Shown: positions 9,162 through 20,556 of the stretch, piece by piece
How positions within the stretch are numbered: the first letter of the stretch is position 1
Layout: each line of letters begins with the position of its first letter
From: an uncultured Lachnospiraceae bacterium
Lineage (GTDB): Bacteria; Bacillota; Clostridia; Lachnospirales; Lachnospiraceae
Assembly: GCA_963553525.1 (NCBI GenBank)
Contig: CAUVOD010000004.1
Span: forward strand, 2,125-66,124
Direction: 5' to 3'
Length of the DNA: 64,000 bases
The notes under the pieces: model-generated
Databases searched by the model: none
The model's input: only the letters and a program-made list of their open reading frames with translations
Told to the model about the DNA's origin: nothing
Position numbers and translations under genes: made by a program

Positions 9162-9632
9162 TTAAATTTCGGAAGATTTTTGCACAGCTTCCACTATAAG
9201 TTTATTTCCTTCTACGGATCTTACATTTACCTTTTGACCCACGTCAATAATTTTGCTGTCGACGAGGCTTCTTGCGCTCCACTCCATTTGATCGACCTTA
9301 ACGCTTCCGACCTGATTGGAATTATCTATTTTGGCAATAACAATCCCGCTTTTGCCGAGTATGGAATCTACATTTGTCCTGATTCTTTCAGGATTAAAAT
9401 GTTTTATGGCAATCGGTCTTACCTGGAGCAACAATATAAGCGATATTATGATGAATACAATCATCTGAATGTAGAAGCCCGCTCCGAATGCACTGAAAAT
9501 CGCAGCAAAAACTGCGCCTATAACAAACCAAACAGTCGTAAGTCCCAGTGTAAATGCTTCGATCATCCCGAACAAAACCGTTGCTGCCAGCCACAGCATG
9601 GTGGTATTGCTGATAGGTCCGAAGTAGAACAT
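9162..9632 (-). CDS. NfeD family protein
   Basis: TM helices plus C-terminal OB fold (G.VKVDQMEWSARS); paired with SPFH gene. Confidence 0.88.
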   Translation of the reverse strand: MFYFGPISNTTMLWLAATVLFGMIEAFTLGLTTVWFVIGAVFAAIFSAFGAGFYIQMIVFIIISLILLLQVRPIAIKHFNPERIRTNVDSILGKSGIVIAKIDNSNQVGSVKVDQMEWSARSLVDSKIIDVGQKVNVRSVEGNKLIVEAVQKSSEI

Positions 9633-9706
9633 TGTAAACCTCCTTTCCGAAATCTATATATTAATTATACTATGAACACAAAAAAATATACAATAAGGCA
9701 CAGGAC

Positions 9707-9735
9707 TTGCATATTTACATCAATTTGACTAAAAT
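9707..9735 (+). promoter_or_regulatory. Sigma-A promoter of pfkA-trmH-dnaE operon
   Basis: TTGCAT-17-TAAAAT. Confidence 0.55.
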
Positions 9736-9778
9736 ATTACATGTGAATTTATAAGTTTTTACAGTAAAGGATAAAAAC

Positions 9779-10765
9779 ATGGCTGCAAAAAATAGTTCTT
9801 CCGAAGTAAAAACAATAGCTGTACTTACAAGCGGCGGAGACGCTCCGGGCATGAACGCCGCAATCAGAGCCGTAGTAAGAAAAACTATTGCAAACGGCAT
9901 AAAGATAAAGGGTATCAAAAGAGGTTATATGGGGCTCCTTGATGAGGAGATAGAGGATCTTGACGCACACAGCGTCTCCGACACCATAAGATCCGGAGGA
10001 ACTATACTCGGTACGGCAAGGTGCAAGGAATTCACAACGGAAGAGGGGCAGAAGCGAGGTGCGGATATCTGTAAAAAGCACGGTATAGACGGTCTTGTAG
10101 TAATAGGAGGCGACGGTTCTTACAAGGGAGCTCTCGCTCTTGCGAAACAAGGAATAAATACCGTCGGAATACCCGGAACAATAGATCTGGATATAGCCTG
10201 TACCGAATATACGATAGGCTTCGATACCGCAGTAAATACCGCCATGGACGCCATAGATAAGATACGTGATACTTCGACCTCGCACGAGAGATGCTCGGTT
10301 GTAGAGGTTATGGGAAGACACGCCGGGTACATAGCTCTTTGGACCTCTCTTGCAACCGGAGGTGATGATCTTCTGCTTCCCGAAAAATATGATTATGACG
10401 AGCAAAAAATCATAGATAATATAATCAAAAGCCGTAAACAAGGAAAAAATCACCATTTGATAATAAATGCCGAGGGGATAGGTCATTCAACCTCCATGGC
10501 AAGACGCCTCGAAGCCGCAACCGGTATAGAAACCAGAGCAACTATACTGGGATATCTTCAAAGGGGCGGATCTCCCACCTGTAAGGACAGGGTATATGCT
10601 TCCTTGATGGGGGCATATGCAGCGGATTTACTTGCACAGGGCAAACGCAACAGAGTCGTATGTTACAGAAACGGAGAATTTCTTGACCTTGATATGGAGG
10701 AAGCTCTTTCAATGACAAAATCCATAAGCGATTATCAATATGAGATCGCCGGCATTTTACAATAA
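9779..10765 (+). CDS. pfkA: 6-phosphofructokinase
   Basis: LTSGGDAPGMN, IGGDGS, PGTID, EVMGR, GYLQRGG. Confidence 0.97.
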   Translation: MAAKNSSSEVKTIAVLTSGGDAPGMNAAIRAVVRKTIANGIKIKGIKRGYMGLLDEEIEDLDAHSVSDTIRSGGTILGTARCKEFTTEEGQKRGADICKKHGIDGLVVIGGDGSYKGALALAKQGINTVGIPGTIDLDIACTEYTIGFDTAVNTAMDAIDKIRDTSTSHERCSVVEVMGRHAGYIALWTSLATGGDDLLLPEKYDYDEQKIIDNIIKSRKQGKNHHLIINAEGIGHSTSMARRLEAATGIETRATILGYLQRGGSPTCKDRVYASLMGAYAADLLAQGKRNRVVCYRNGEFLDLDMEEALSMTKSISDYQYEIAGILQ

Positions 10766-10773
10766 CATATGTC

Positions 10774-11565
10774 ATGATTACTGATACCTCAACTTCTTCT
10801 TTAAAGAAAATTTCCGAGTTCTCAAGCAGAAAAAAAAGCCGTGATGCCTCAAAGGTCTTTATAGCGGAGGGCTGGCGGCTTGTAGCCGAGGCTCCCGAAG
10901 AGTTTATCAGGGAATTATATATATCCGCTTCCTTTCACGCATCAGCCGATGCCGATCGGAAGCGTTTCATTTCTGAACATTCGGATATTTGTCATTTGAT
11001 ATCCGACAAGGCTTTTTCCCGAATATCCGATACCGATACTCCACAAGGCATACTTGCCGTTATGGAAAGATGTGAGTCCGATATCGAAAAAATGCTTCCC
11101 CGTGAAAAAAATCCGCTTCTGCTGATAATAGACAGAGTACAGGATCCCGGTAATTTAGGAACGATATTTCGATCATCGGAAGCCGCCGGAGTTACAGGCA
11201 TACTATTGTGCAAGGGTACTGTGGATATATATCAGCCTAAGGTTGTACGCTCCACTATGGGCAGTATTTACAGGCTTCCATTCGCTCATGCGGATAGTGC
11301 GGAAGAAGCGGCTATGCTTCTTAAAAAAAGAGGTGTTATCATTGCAGCTGCGGATATAGGAGATTATATATCATATGATATGATTGATTCAAAAAAGTCA
11401 CTTGCTTATATAATCGGCAATGAAGGAAACGGTCTGTCCGAAGCCGCAAAGTGTTCAGCAGATATTTTCGTCAGTATCCCCATGCTGGGTAAGGTGGAAT
11501 CTTTAAACGCCGCCGTTACAGCGTCAATATTGGTTTTTGACGCCGCAAGGCGGCGCAGAGGTTAA
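10774..11565 (+). CDS. TrmH/SpoU family RNA methyltransferase
   Basis: QDPGNLGTIFR, IGNEGNG, IPM.GKVESLNAA. Confidence 0.93.
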   Translation: MITDTSTSSLKKISEFSSRKKSRDASKVFIAEGWRLVAEAPEEFIRELYISASFHASADADRKRFISEHSDICHLISDKAFSRISDTDTPQGILAVMERCESDIEKMLPREKNPLLLIIDRVQDPGNLGTIFRSSEAAGVTGILLCKGTVDIYQPKVVRSTMGSIYRLPFAHADSAEEAAMLLKKRGVIIAAADIGDYISYDMIDSKKSLAYIIGNEGNGLSEAAKCSADIFVSIPMLGKVESLNAAVTASILVFDAARRRRG

Positions 11566-11573
11566 AATAACAA

Positions 11574-14500
11574 ATGTCTTTTGCTCATCTTCACTGCCAT
11601 ACCGAATACTCTCTCCTTGACGGTTCAAACAAAATAAAGGACTATGTGAAAAGGCTTAAGGAATGCAGACAGACCGCAGCAGCCATTACCGATCACGGAG
11701 TCATGTACGGAGTAATAGACTTCTATAATGAATGCAAAGCCAATAATATCAATCCCGTTCTGGGCTGTGAGGTATATCTGGCAAAAGAATCCCGCTTTCA
11801 AAAAATGCAAAGCTCCGCAAAAGACGAATCAAGATATTATCATTTGGTTCTTCTGGCAGAAAATAACATAGGTTATTCAAATCTTACCAAAATTGTAAGC
11901 TTGGGATTTACGGAAGGCTACTACTACAAGCCTCGCGTTGATATGGAAATTCTCAGAGAATATCATGAAGGTCTGATCTGTCTGTCAGCCTGTCTTGCGG
12001 GTGAAATTCCGAGAGCCGTAATCAACGGAAACTTTGATGAGGCAAAAGCTGCGGCTCTGCGATACATAAACTGCTTCGGAAAAAATAATTTTTTTCTGGA
12101 ACTTCAGGATCACGGTATTCCGGATCAAAAAAGGGTCAACAAACATCTTATACAGCTTGCAAAAGAGCTGAATATCGGGCTTGTCGCTACAAACGACTGC
12201 CACTATACCTATGCGGAGGACGCGGAGGCGCATGACCATCTCTTATGTATCAAAACGGGTAAAAAGGTATCCGATACGAACAGGATGCGTTATACCGGAG
12301 GGCAATATTATGTAAAAAGCGAAGCCGAGATGCTGGAGCTCTTTCCGTATGCCGAAGAAGCAATAGAAAATACGCAGAAAATCGCCGATCGCTGTCATGT
12401 CGATATCGAATTCGGAAAAACCAAGCTGCCTCATTTTGATGTTCCTGAAGGGTATACTTCGAGCAGCTGGCTCAGACATTTAAGTGAAAAGGGATTAAAA
12501 GAGCGCTATCCCGATGATGACGGAACGGCAAGAGCCAGGATGGAATATGAGCTTTCCGTAATAGAGCAAATGGGCTATGTTGACTACTTTTTAATAGTAT
12601 CCGATTATGTGCTCTGGGCAATAAGCAAGGGAATCTCCGTAGGTCCCGGGCGCGGATCGGGGGTAGGATCCATCGTAACCTACTGTATATATATTACCAA
12701 TGTGGATCCTCTGAAATACGGGCTTCTTTTTGAAAGGCTTCTAAATCCGGAGCGTGTTTCCATGCCCGATATAGATATAGATTTTGAAGATAACCGCAGG
12801 CAGGAGGTTATAGATTATGTTACTCAAAAATATGGAAAAGATCACGTCGTTCAAATAATAACATTTGGTACTCTTGCGGCGAGAGGCGTCGTCCGCGATG
12901 TCGCAAGGGTTATGGATCTCCCCTATTCCTTTGCGGACAATATAGCAAAAATGATTCCGGCAGCTCCTAAAGTAACGCTTGACAGCGCTTTGGCAGCAAG
13001 TAAAGAACTCAAGGCCTTATATGACAGCGATGAAAAGGTTCATAAGCTCATAGATATGGGAAAAAAATTGGAGGGGCTGCCCAGACACTCCTCAACTCAT
13101 GCTGCGGGAGTTATCATTTGTGCAAGTCCCGCCGATGAGCTGGTTCCCCTTGCCAAAGGAAGCGATGAATCGATAGTCACTCAATTCCCCGCGCCTACAC
13201 TTGAATCTCTGGGGCTTTTAAAAATGGACTTTTTAGGTCTGAGGACTCTCAGCGTGATCAAGGATGCCGCCGAATTTGCGGGCAGGCGTAAAAATACGGA
13301 CGCTTCAGATACTACCCCCATAGACATGGAAAGCATTGATTTAAACGATCCGCAAACATTATCGATGATATCTAGCGGTCACACCTCCGGAGTGTTTCAG
13401 CTTGAAAGCTCCGGAATGCAGTCGTTTATGAAGGATTTAAAACCCGACTGCTTTGAAGATATAGTCGCCGGTATAGCTTTATACAGACCCGGTCCCATGC
13501 AGTTTATCCCTACCTACATAAAGGGAAAGAACGACAAGTCGGGCATAAAATATCTTTCTCCCGAGCTTGAGCCTATTCTGAAATCCACCTACGGCTGCAT
13601 TATTTATCAGGAGCAGGTAATGCAGATAGTTCAACAGCTCGGCGGATATTCCATGGGAAGAGCCGATGAAGTAAGGCGTGCCATGAGTAAGAAAAAATTT
13701 TCCATTATGGAAAAGGAACGCTCCAATTTTATCTACGGAAATGAAAAGGAAAATGTTCCCGGCTGTATTTCCAGAGGCATAGGAGAAAAAACCGCAGCTG
13801 AAATTTACGATTCGCTCATCTCCTTTGCCAACTACGGCTTTAATAAATCACATTCGGTAAGCTATGCTGTTTTATCAATGCAGACGGCATGGCTTAAAAC
13901 TCATTATCCTGTTGAATTTGAAGCGGCTCTTTTTACATCTGTTATTGATTTCCCCCCGAAATTAGCGGTGTATATGGCTGACGCAGCAGCTATGGGCATA
14001 AAAATTCTACCTCCTGACATTAACGAAGGAGGCGTTGGCTTTACGCCTTTAATAACTATGGATATTAAATCTGACAGGCCCTATATCGGAGGTATAAGAT
14101 ATGCTTTAACCGCTATAAAGGGAATAGGCTTTAATGTAGTAAAGGATATAGTGGAGGAGCGTAAACGCGGAGGGAAATATCAATCGTTATCAGATTTTTT
14201 GGAAAGATTATTTTTATATCACAAGGAGTCCTGTAATAAAAGAGTTATTGAAAATCTGATACATGCGGGCGCTCTTGACTGCCTTGGCGGTCACAGAAAG
14301 CAATATATCCACTCCTATGCCCGTATACTTGAGCAGATTCAGGACAATAATTCCGGAATTGCGGGACAAATGTCCCTATTTGATTTTACGTCAGCCTCCT
14401 CAAAGGAAAAATATTTAAGCGGACTTTCCGATATAGGTGAATTTGACAAAGAAATCATACTTGAAAACGAAAAAGAGGTTTTAGGAATTTATATAAGCGG

Positions 14501-15086
14501 TCATCCTCTTGAAAATGACAGCGATCTAATAAAAAAGCACAGCACCATATCGTCTTCGGATCTTATGACGGACGATATCGAAAAGACGCTTGAAATTGCT
14601 GACGGATCAAGGCAGACAATAGGCGGCATTATAAGCTCCGTCAAAACAAAGCTTACAAAGAATAACAAAACCATGGCATTTTTGGAAATAGAGGATCTGT
14701 ACGGAAGCTGTGAAGTGATTGTTTTTCCAAAAGTTTTCGAACAATATTCCAACTTGATTCGACAGGATTTAAAGGTATTTATAAGCGGTCGTATCAATAT
14801 CGAAGAAGAAAAATCCGCAAAAATTCTTGCCGAAAAAATAGCAAGCTTCTCCTCTATACCGAAAACCGTATGGATACGCTGTACCGACAAAAAAAGCTGG
14901 GATGAAAAAGAGAGTAAATTCTTTACGATAATATCAGATTTTAAAGGCGGCGACAGAATAACCGTCTATTTGGAAAATACAAAGCAGATAAGAAGCTTCG
15001 GAAAAGAACACGGCATAAATGCAAATTCGGATGCCATGGAAGCCTTATTTGAACTGTTCGGAAAGGATAATTGTAAACTTCAATGA
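11574..15086 (+). CDS. dnaE: DNA polymerase III alpha subunit
   Basis: HLHCHTEYSLLDG PHP domain, GPGRGS, PDIDIDF, KMDFLGL, YGFNKSH. Confidence 0.98.
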   Translation: MSFAHLHCHTEYSLLDGSNKIKDYVKRLKECRQTAAAITDHGVMYGVIDFYNECKANNINPVLGCEVYLAKESRFQKMQSSAKDESRYYHLVLLAENNIGYSNLTKIVSLGFTEGYYYKPRVDMEILREYHEGLICLSACLAGEIPRAVINGNFDEAKAAALRYINCFGKNNFFLELQDHGIPDQKRVNKHLIQLAKELNIGLVATNDCHYTYAEDAEAHDHLLCIKTGKKVSDTNRMRYTGGQYYVKSEAEMLELFPYAEEAIENTQKIADRCHVDIEFGKTKLPHFDVPEGYTSSSWLRHLSEKGLKERYPDDDGTARARMEYELSVIEQMGYVDYFLIVSDYVLWAISKGISVGPGRGSGVGSIVTYCIYITNVDPLKYGLLFERLLNPERVSMPDIDIDFEDNRRQEVIDYVTQKYGKDHVVQIITFGTLAARGVVRDVARVMDLPYSFADNIAKMIPAAPKVTLDSALAASKELKALYDSDEKVHKLIDMGKKLEGLPRHSSTHAAGVIICASPADELVPLAKGSDESIVTQFPAPTLESLGLLKMDFLGLRTLSVIKDAAEFAGRRKNTDASDTTPIDMESIDLNDPQTLSMISSGHTSGVFQLESSGMQSFMKDLKPDCFEDIVAGIALYRPGPMQFIPTYIKGKNDKSGIKYLSPELEPILKSTYGCIIYQEQVMQIVQQLGGYSMGRADEVRRAMSKKKFSIMEKERSNFIYGNEKENVPGCISRGIGEKTAAEIYDSLISFANYGFNKSHSVSYAVLSMQTAWLKTHYPVEFEAALFTSVIDFPPKLAVYMADAAAMGIKILPPDINEGGVGFTPLITMDIKSDRPYIGGIRYALTAIKGIGFNVVKDIVEERKRGGKYQSLSDFLERLFLYHKESCNKRVIENLIHAGALDCLGGHRKQYIHSYARILEQIQDNNSGIAGQMSLFDFTSASSKEKYLSGLSDIGEFDKEIILENEKEVLGIYISGHPLENDSDLIKKHSTISSSDLMTDDIEKTLEIADGSRQTIGGIISSVKTKLTKNNKTMAFLEIEDLYGSCEVIVFPKVFEQYSNLIRQDLKVFISGRINIEEEKSAKILAEKIASFSSIPKTVWIRCTDKKSWDEKESKFFTIISDFKGGDRITVYLENTKQIRSFGKEHGINANSDAMEALFELFGKDNCKLQ

Positions 15087-15730
15087 AAAATAAAATATTA
15101 TCCGTTATTAAAAGCTTGATATTGGCACTTTTTGCCGTAAGCTTCTCTATTGCTGTTCCAATCCTGTGGAGAGGTTTTTATTATTTGCATATTAAATTTC
15201 TTAGACTTAGCGAAAGCACGGGCTTCAGCTATGATACGATAAAAAACGCCTTTGATGATATGATGAATTATATCTGGCGGGACGCACCTTTTAAAACGGG
15301 CTTATTGAAATGGTCGGATGAAGGTATGCAGCACTTTGCAGACTGTAAGCTTTTATTTAAATTCGATATATATGTGCTTATCTTTTCATTTATATCTATC
15401 GTTATTATATTTTTTATCGAACGCCGCCTTAAACCGCATTTCTTTTTAAAGCTTTCTCCCGAATTTTGGTCGGGTATTTTTGTAATTACTTTTTTTGCCT
15501 CAATATCTCTTATTGCCGCTTACAATTTTGAAAACGCCTTCACCGCCTTCCACAAGCTTTTTTTTCCTAATAAAACCAACTGGATCTTTGATCACAGATA
15601 TGATGAAATAATTCTCATTCTTCCCATAGAATATTTCAGAAACTGCGCAATACTTGCGGTAGGCCTGATAGTCCTGTTTTGTATTATCTATATATGCTCA
15701 GGTCTTAAAAAATCTAAAGCATCAAGGTAA
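15083..15730 (+). CDS. Integral membrane protein (TIGR01906/DUF1461-like)
   Basis: HFADCK.LF, FTAFHKLFF..NWIFD..D.IILILP.EYF. Confidence 0.8.
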   Translation: MKNKILSVIKSLILALFAVSFSIAVPILWRGFYYLHIKFLRLSESTGFSYDTIKNAFDDMMNYIWRDAPFKTGLLKWSDEGMQHFADCKLLFKFDIYVLIFSFISIVIIFFIERRLKPHFFLKLSPEFWSGIFVITFFASISLIAAYNFENAFTAFHKLFFPNKTNWIFDHRYDEIILILPIEYFRNCAILAVGLIVLFCIIYICSGLKKSKASR

Positions 15731-18130
15731 TTTAAACATATCCGTATTCGGATTTTTATCAAATAAATTATTATATTGCAGGCAGCGATATTTATAAATA
15801 TTATTCGTATCGTCAGTTATTTTATCCGGACTTTCATAATATTTCCCGTTTTTGTCAATCAATCCGTAGGAGGTAATTACTGGATATTCGGAATAGCAGC
15901 TTGCGGCGGCTTTTAAAAACGGAGTAAGCTCATAGCCCGCCGCTTCAAGCACGAGAGCGGACATATAATTTGCACTCATTCTTTCAATAGTGAACTCGGG
16001 TATATCATAGTTTGCCCATATAATAAAGGGCGTCTCATATTTTGCAAGAGGCTCCGAATCCTCTCCGAAGAAAAACGCATCGGCCTCCGCCCCTACATTG
16101 GGCTGATGATCTCCGTACATGACGATCATTGTCTTTACGGGATCATTCTTATAATGGTCAATAAGCTCCTCAACAGCCTCATCCGAAAGCTTTATTATAG
16201 AATAGTAAACCTCAGCCCCTTTATATTCTCCATACTTTGAGAGATCATAGGTTAATTTAATATCGTCCGTCAGCGAATATCCTCCGTGGTTTTGCATGGT
16301 TACATTAAACACAAAGCGCTTATCGCTCTGCATTTCTTCTTCAATTTCTATGACTTTCTTAAAATCATAGGCATCGGTAGCATAGCCCCTGAGTCTCTCT
16401 ATATCGCTGTAATTGTCCTGGGCATAAAAAGGCATCAGCGATAACAACGGATATACATTACTTCTGTTCCAGTTGTTCCTATCCGACAGATGGAGCGAAG
16501 CCGCTTCATACCCTTTATCTATAAGGTATGAGGCTATCGTATTTATTTTCTTCTTTATATAGGCTTCGTAAGGATAGGTATTTGCAGGCAAAAATCCCAT
16601 TGCATTTCCGCTGAGCGACTCAAACTCGGTATTACAGGTTCCCCCGCCTCTTACCGAAACATACAAAGTCCCCTTTATGGTATTTTCCTCTAAAGAATTC
16701 CAAAACGGCATGGTGTCTTCTGAGGCTTCCTTGTTGTAATAAGAAACTGCCGAATAGGACTCGTTCATTATCATAAGTATACGTTCCGGTTTTTCTTTGA
16801 TATAAGCATCATCCGGAATAAAATACCTTTTGTTTTTTAATATGTCCGATGAATATTCCTCAACTATACTGTTTACCAGTTCATCGGAATAACCCTCGGG
16901 AGCAACGACTCTGTATGTTTCCATAAATTTGATAAACGTAAGAGGCATGCCCTGGGTCTGATAATTGATAATAATTGATTGATCCCATGACTCCGCCTTT
17001 AAATTTCTGTAAGCCGGGCTGCCGTGAATCCCTATAAGTATGATTATTCCTCCCGTAACTCCTATCATTTTTCTTAAAACAGTCACGGAGATTTTTTTAT
17101 TTCCCATATCCGAAGCTTCATTCAGGGAAAAGAATCCTTTTATTCCCGGAATGGAAATAAATATGGAAAACGCTATTAAAATTACTCCTGTTATTATAAG
17201 CGCGAGAATCCTCCACTCCCACTCAAATTCAAAGCTCGACGCCACATCGGCAGCAGTTCCCACTGCTGCAATATCCCAGGGAAGAACAGGTCTTCCTCTG
17301 AACAGCGTCACAAAATGATTTACGCTGTAAACAGTCGTAAACATAGCCGTGCATAATATAATAGCGAATGTTTTGTTAATTATGAACGCTAAAATCATTT
17401 CTACCGCCCATACAAATACATAATTTAAAAACAGATTCGGCGTATAAATTCCCGACAAAGATCCGGCGGCAAGCTCTCCCAGTACAACAATCACGGCGGG
17501 AGCCGACAGGAAAAGACTTGTCTGAATAATATCTTTAACCTTAAATTTCTTAAATAAAACTGCCACAGCCAACGAAAGCGGCAAAGCTATTATATAGAGC
17601 ACAAGAATATATAGTAATCTGACAACAGAGCCCATATATTCCCTAGGCTCCAATATTATGCTGGATCCGTCGGCTTTGATATCAAGTGAAAGCCCATCTC
17701 CGTCAGCTTCATAGTCTATGTACTGACTTGACGCTATTCTATCAGCCATAGCGATTCCGTTTTCCTCGTAAACCTTTATCCCGTAAAAGCTGAGCCTGTA
17801 TGAGTCTATCGTTATATGAGATATGTCAGTAAATCTTATTCTAAAATCTTTTAGATTTTCATATACTCCCGACATTCTTGCCGATGTTGTAGCGGGATCT
17901 ATTTTGAAGGAGCTTCTAAAATAGTAGCCGACCGCATCATCACTTCTATACACATTTATAAGCCCCTGCCCGGACTCAAGCTTCTGACCGTGAAATTTCA
18001 GTTCTAAATCCATGTTGGGAGGGAAAAGCATAACCAAAAACGGAAGTAATGTAATCGCTATAAATACCTGTCTGAGAACAAGCGCCTTGTTAATAGAAAT
18101 TTGTTTTAGTTTTAATATAATTTTTCTCAT
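15722..18130 (-). CDS. LTA synthase family (sulfatase-fold) membrane protein
   Basis: TM block then IMNESY, GGGTCNTEFE, TMQNHGGY, YGDHQP. Confidence 0.88.
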   Translation of the reverse strand: MRKIILKLKQISINKALVLRQVFIAITLLPFLVMLFPPNMDLELKFHGQKLESGQGLINVYRSDDAVGYYFRSSFKIDPATTSARMSGVYENLKDFRIRFTDISHITIDSYRLSFYGIKVYEENGIAMADRIASSQYIDYEADGDGLSLDIKADGSSIILEPREYMGSVVRLLYILVLYIIALPLSLAVAVLFKKFKVKDIIQTSLFLSAPAVIVVLGELAAGSLSGIYTPNLFLNYVFVWAVEMILAFIINKTFAIILCTAMFTTVYSVNHFVTLFRGRPVLPWDIAAVGTAADVASSFEFEWEWRILALIITGVILIAFSIFISIPGIKGFFSLNEASDMGNKKISVTVLRKMIGVTGGIIILIGIHGSPAYRNLKAESWDQSIIINYQTQGMPLTFIKFMETYRVVAPEGYSDELVNSIVEEYSSDILKNKRYFIPDDAYIKEKPERILMIMNESYSAVSYYNKEASEDTMPFWNSLEENTIKGTLYVSVRGGGTCNTEFESLSGNAMGFLPANTYPYEAYIKKKINTIASYLIDKGYEAASLHLSDRNNWNRSNVYPLLSLMPFYAQDNYSDIERLRGYATDAYDFKKVIEIEEEMQSDKRFVFNVTMQNHGGYSLTDDIKLTYDLSKYGEYKGAEVYYSIIKLSDEAVEELIDHYKNDPVKTMIVMYGDHQPNVGAEADAFFFGEDSEPLAKYETPFIIWANYDIPEFTIERMSANYMSALVLEAAGYELTPFLKAAASCYSEYPVITSYGLIDKNGKYYESPDKITDDTNNIYKYRCLQYNNLFDKNPNTDMFKLP

Positions 18131-18138
18131 AATGACAC

Positions 18139-18167
18139 ACTATACTACTACTTTCGGATAATAGCAA
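18139..18167 (-). promoter_or_regulatory. Sigma-A promoter 8 nt before the LTA synthase ATG
   Basis: TTGCTA-17-TATAGT-8 nt-ATG; no SD. Confidence 0.55.
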
Positions 18168-18189
18168 AAAGTTTGTACAGCCGCATTAC

Positions 18190-18218
18190 TTGATTGTTAA
18201 TCTAAAGCCTTTTATAAT
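18190..18218 (+). promoter_or_regulatory. Sigma-A promoter 7 nt before the cyclodeaminase ATG
   Basis: TTGATT-17-TATAAT-7 nt-ATG(18226); no SD. Confidence 0.65.
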
Positions 18219-18225
18219 GCTTCTT

Positions 18226-18867
18226 ATGGATAATTTTAATGATAAAACATTGGATGAATTTACAAGGCTTACCCTGTCCTCTTCTCCGGCTCCCGGAGGA
18301 GGCAGCGTATCGGCTCTTGTCGGAAGCCTTGCCGCCTCTTTATCTGGTATGGTGGCAAGCTTGAGCCTGAATAATAAAAGCTGTGACGCTGTCCGCGAGG
18401 ATATGCTGGAACTGCAAAAAAAAGCGGATACTATAAGGCTTGAGCTTCTGGCTGCGATTCAAAAGGACGCAGGATCCTTTACGGGATATATGTCCGCCCT
18501 TAAGCTTCCCAAAAATACCGAAGAGGAAATTGAGGTAAGAAACGAAACCCTGCAAAACGAATTGAAAAAAGCCACTCTTATTCCAATAGAAATCGCTGAA
18601 AAGATTTTTGAAATCTTCCCTCTGGCTGAAACGGCAATATCAAAGGGAACCAAAGCCGCACGCACCGACGCGATTTTATCGGTTATTCTTGCAAGATCCG
18701 CTGTGCTGGGTTCAGCTTTGAATGTCAGAATAAATCTTTTATCTATAAAAGATCACAATTTTGTTGCCGAATACGGAAAAAAGACGACACAGCTTGAAGT
18801 CGATGCCGTCAAATACGAGAAAGAGCTTCTTTTATCTTGTGACATAACAAGCAATATAAAATTATAA
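18226..18867 (+). CDS. Formiminotetrahydrofolate cyclodeaminase / cyclohydrolase family protein
   Basis: SSSPAPGGGSVSAL, LNVRINL; directly upstream of fhs. Confidence 0.9.
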   Translation: MDNFNDKTLDEFTRLTLSSSPAPGGGSVSALVGSLAASLSGMVASLSLNNKSCDAVREDMLELQKKADTIRLELLAAIQKDAGSFTGYMSALKLPKNTEEEIEVRNETLQNELKKATLIPIEIAEKIFEIFPLAETAISKGTKAARTDAILSVILARSAVLGSALNVRINLLSIKDHNFVAEYGKKTTQLEVDAVKYEKELLLSCDITSNIKL

Positions 18868-18891
18868 CCGGCTCATTACAAAAGGAGTATC

Positions 18892-20556
18892 ATGAAAAGC
18901 GATATTGAAATTGCCAAAGAAAACGTTCCTCTTCACATTTCCGAAATTGTGCGCGATCAAGGCATAGACGAAAGCTGTGTAGAATTTTACGGTAAATACA
19001 AAGCCAAAATCGACTTTGAGCATTTGCCGCAAAAAAATAATAATGGAAAGTTGATACTGGTAACGGCTATAAATCCTACTCCCGCAGGCGAGGGAAAAAC
19101 CACCGTTTCAATAGGTTTGGCGGACTCTTTACGCAAAATAGGAAAAAAATCCGCTCTGGCGCTTCGTGAGCCTTCTCTGGGACCCGTTTTCGGTCTTAAA
19201 GGCGGAGCAACCGGCGGAGGACACGCCCAGGTTGTCCCCATGGAAGACATAAATCTGCATTTTACCGGTGATTTTCACGCAATATCCGCAGCCGCCAATT
19301 TGCTTGCGGCAATGTTGGACAATCACATTTATCAGGGAAACGCTCTTAACATCGATCCTAAAAAGGTTATCTGGAAAAGAGCCGTCGATATGAATGACAG
19401 ACAGCTCAGAAATATAATATCGGGACTCGGAAAGAAAACCGACGGGGTAGAGCGTGAAGACGGCTTTGAAATAAGCGTTGCAAGTGAAGTCATGGCTGTT
19501 GTATGCCTTTCGGAAAACCTGAAAGATCTCAGAAAAAGACTCTCAGAAATAACCGTTGCTTACAGCTTCGACGGGAAGGAAATATCTGCCGGAGATCTTA
19601 AAGCCGACGGAGCCATGTGCGTTTTGCTGAAAGACGCTATAAAGCCTAATCTTGTTCAAACCCTGGAGCATACACCCGCCTTCATACACGGAGGGCCCTT
19701 TGCAAACATAGCTCATGGCTGCAATTCAATAATAGCTACGAAAACGGCTCTTTCCTTAAATGAGTATGTGGTTACAGAAGCGGGCTTCGGAGCGGATTTG
19801 GGAGCGGAAAAATTTATAGACATCAAATGCAGAAAGGCAGGAATCAAGCCGTCCGCCTGTGTTTTGGTGGCAACAGTCCGGGCTTTGAAGCATCATGGCG
19901 GTTTGGACAAGTCGGAGCTCGGTATCGAAAATCTTGACGCTCTGAAAAAAGGGCTGCCGAATCTTATACGTCATGCCGAAAATATTAAAAATGTATACGG
20001 GCTCCCCTGCCTTGTTGCCGTCAATCATTTCCCTACCGATACCGCTGCGGAAGTAAATTTGATTAAAGATGAATTAAAAGCTTTAAATATCGACACCGTG
20101 CTTACCGACATTTGGGAAAAGGGCTCCGCCGGAGGAACTGAGCTTGCAAAAGAAGTGATAAAGCTTTGTGAGGAAAAAAATAACTTCAGTTATGTTTATG
20201 AGGACGACCTGTCTATCGAAGAAAAGCTCTACTCCATTGCAAGAAAAGTGTACCATGCAAAGGGGATCGACTTTACCGACCTTGCCTTAAGCCAGTTAAA
20301 ATATCTGAGCGGGACAAAATATTCCAGGCTCCCGATCTGCGTCGCAAAAACGCAGTACAGCTTTTCGGATAACCCTAAGCTGCTTTCCGCAGCCGAAGAC
20401 TTTAATATAACGGTTCGCAGCCTGAAACTTGCTTCCGGCGCCGGATTTATAATTGCAATGACAAATGCAATCATAACCATGCCCGGTCTGCCTAAAATCC
20501 CCGCTGCGGAAAATATAGACATCGACGACGAAGGAAACATCAAAGGGCTGTTTTAA
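18892..20556 (+). CDS. fhs: Formate--tetrahydrofolate ligase
   Basis: [49 protein letters not shown]. Confidence 0.98.
   Translation: MKSDIEIAKENVPLHISEIVRDQGIDESCVEFYGKYKAKIDFEHLPQKNNNGKLILVTAINPTPAGEGKTTVSIGLADSLRKIGKKSALALREPSLGPVFGLKGGATGGGHAQVVPMEDINLHFTGDFHAISAAANLLAAMLDNHIYQGNALNIDPKKVIWKRAVDMNDRQLRNIISGLGKKTDGVEREDGFEISVASEVMAVVCLSENLKDLRKRLSEITVAYSFDGKEISAGDLKADGAMCVLLKDAIKPNLVQTLEHTPAFIHGGPFANIAHGCNSIIATKTALSLNEYVVTEAGFGADLGAEKFIDIKCRKAGIKPSACVLVATVRALKHHGGLDKSELGIENLDALKKGLPNLIRHAENIKNVYGLPCLVAVNHFPTDTAAEVNLIKDELKALNIDTVLTDIWEKGSAGGTELAKEVIKLCEEKNNFSYVYEDDLSIEEKLYSIARKVYHAKGIDFTDLALSQLKYLSGTKYSRLPICVAKTQYSFSDNPKLLSAAEDFNITVRSLKLASGAGFIIAMTNAIITMPGLPKIPAAENIDIDDEGNIKGLF

Noticed and set aside
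9749..10486. 245-aa antisense ORF over pfkA, and the many other overlapping ORFs in the track
   Set aside because: Shadow frames of well-supported genes with no recognisable motifs
11574..15086. Intein in dnaE (also checked recD2)
   Set aside because: Normal lengths; no splice-junction or homing-endonuclease motifs seen
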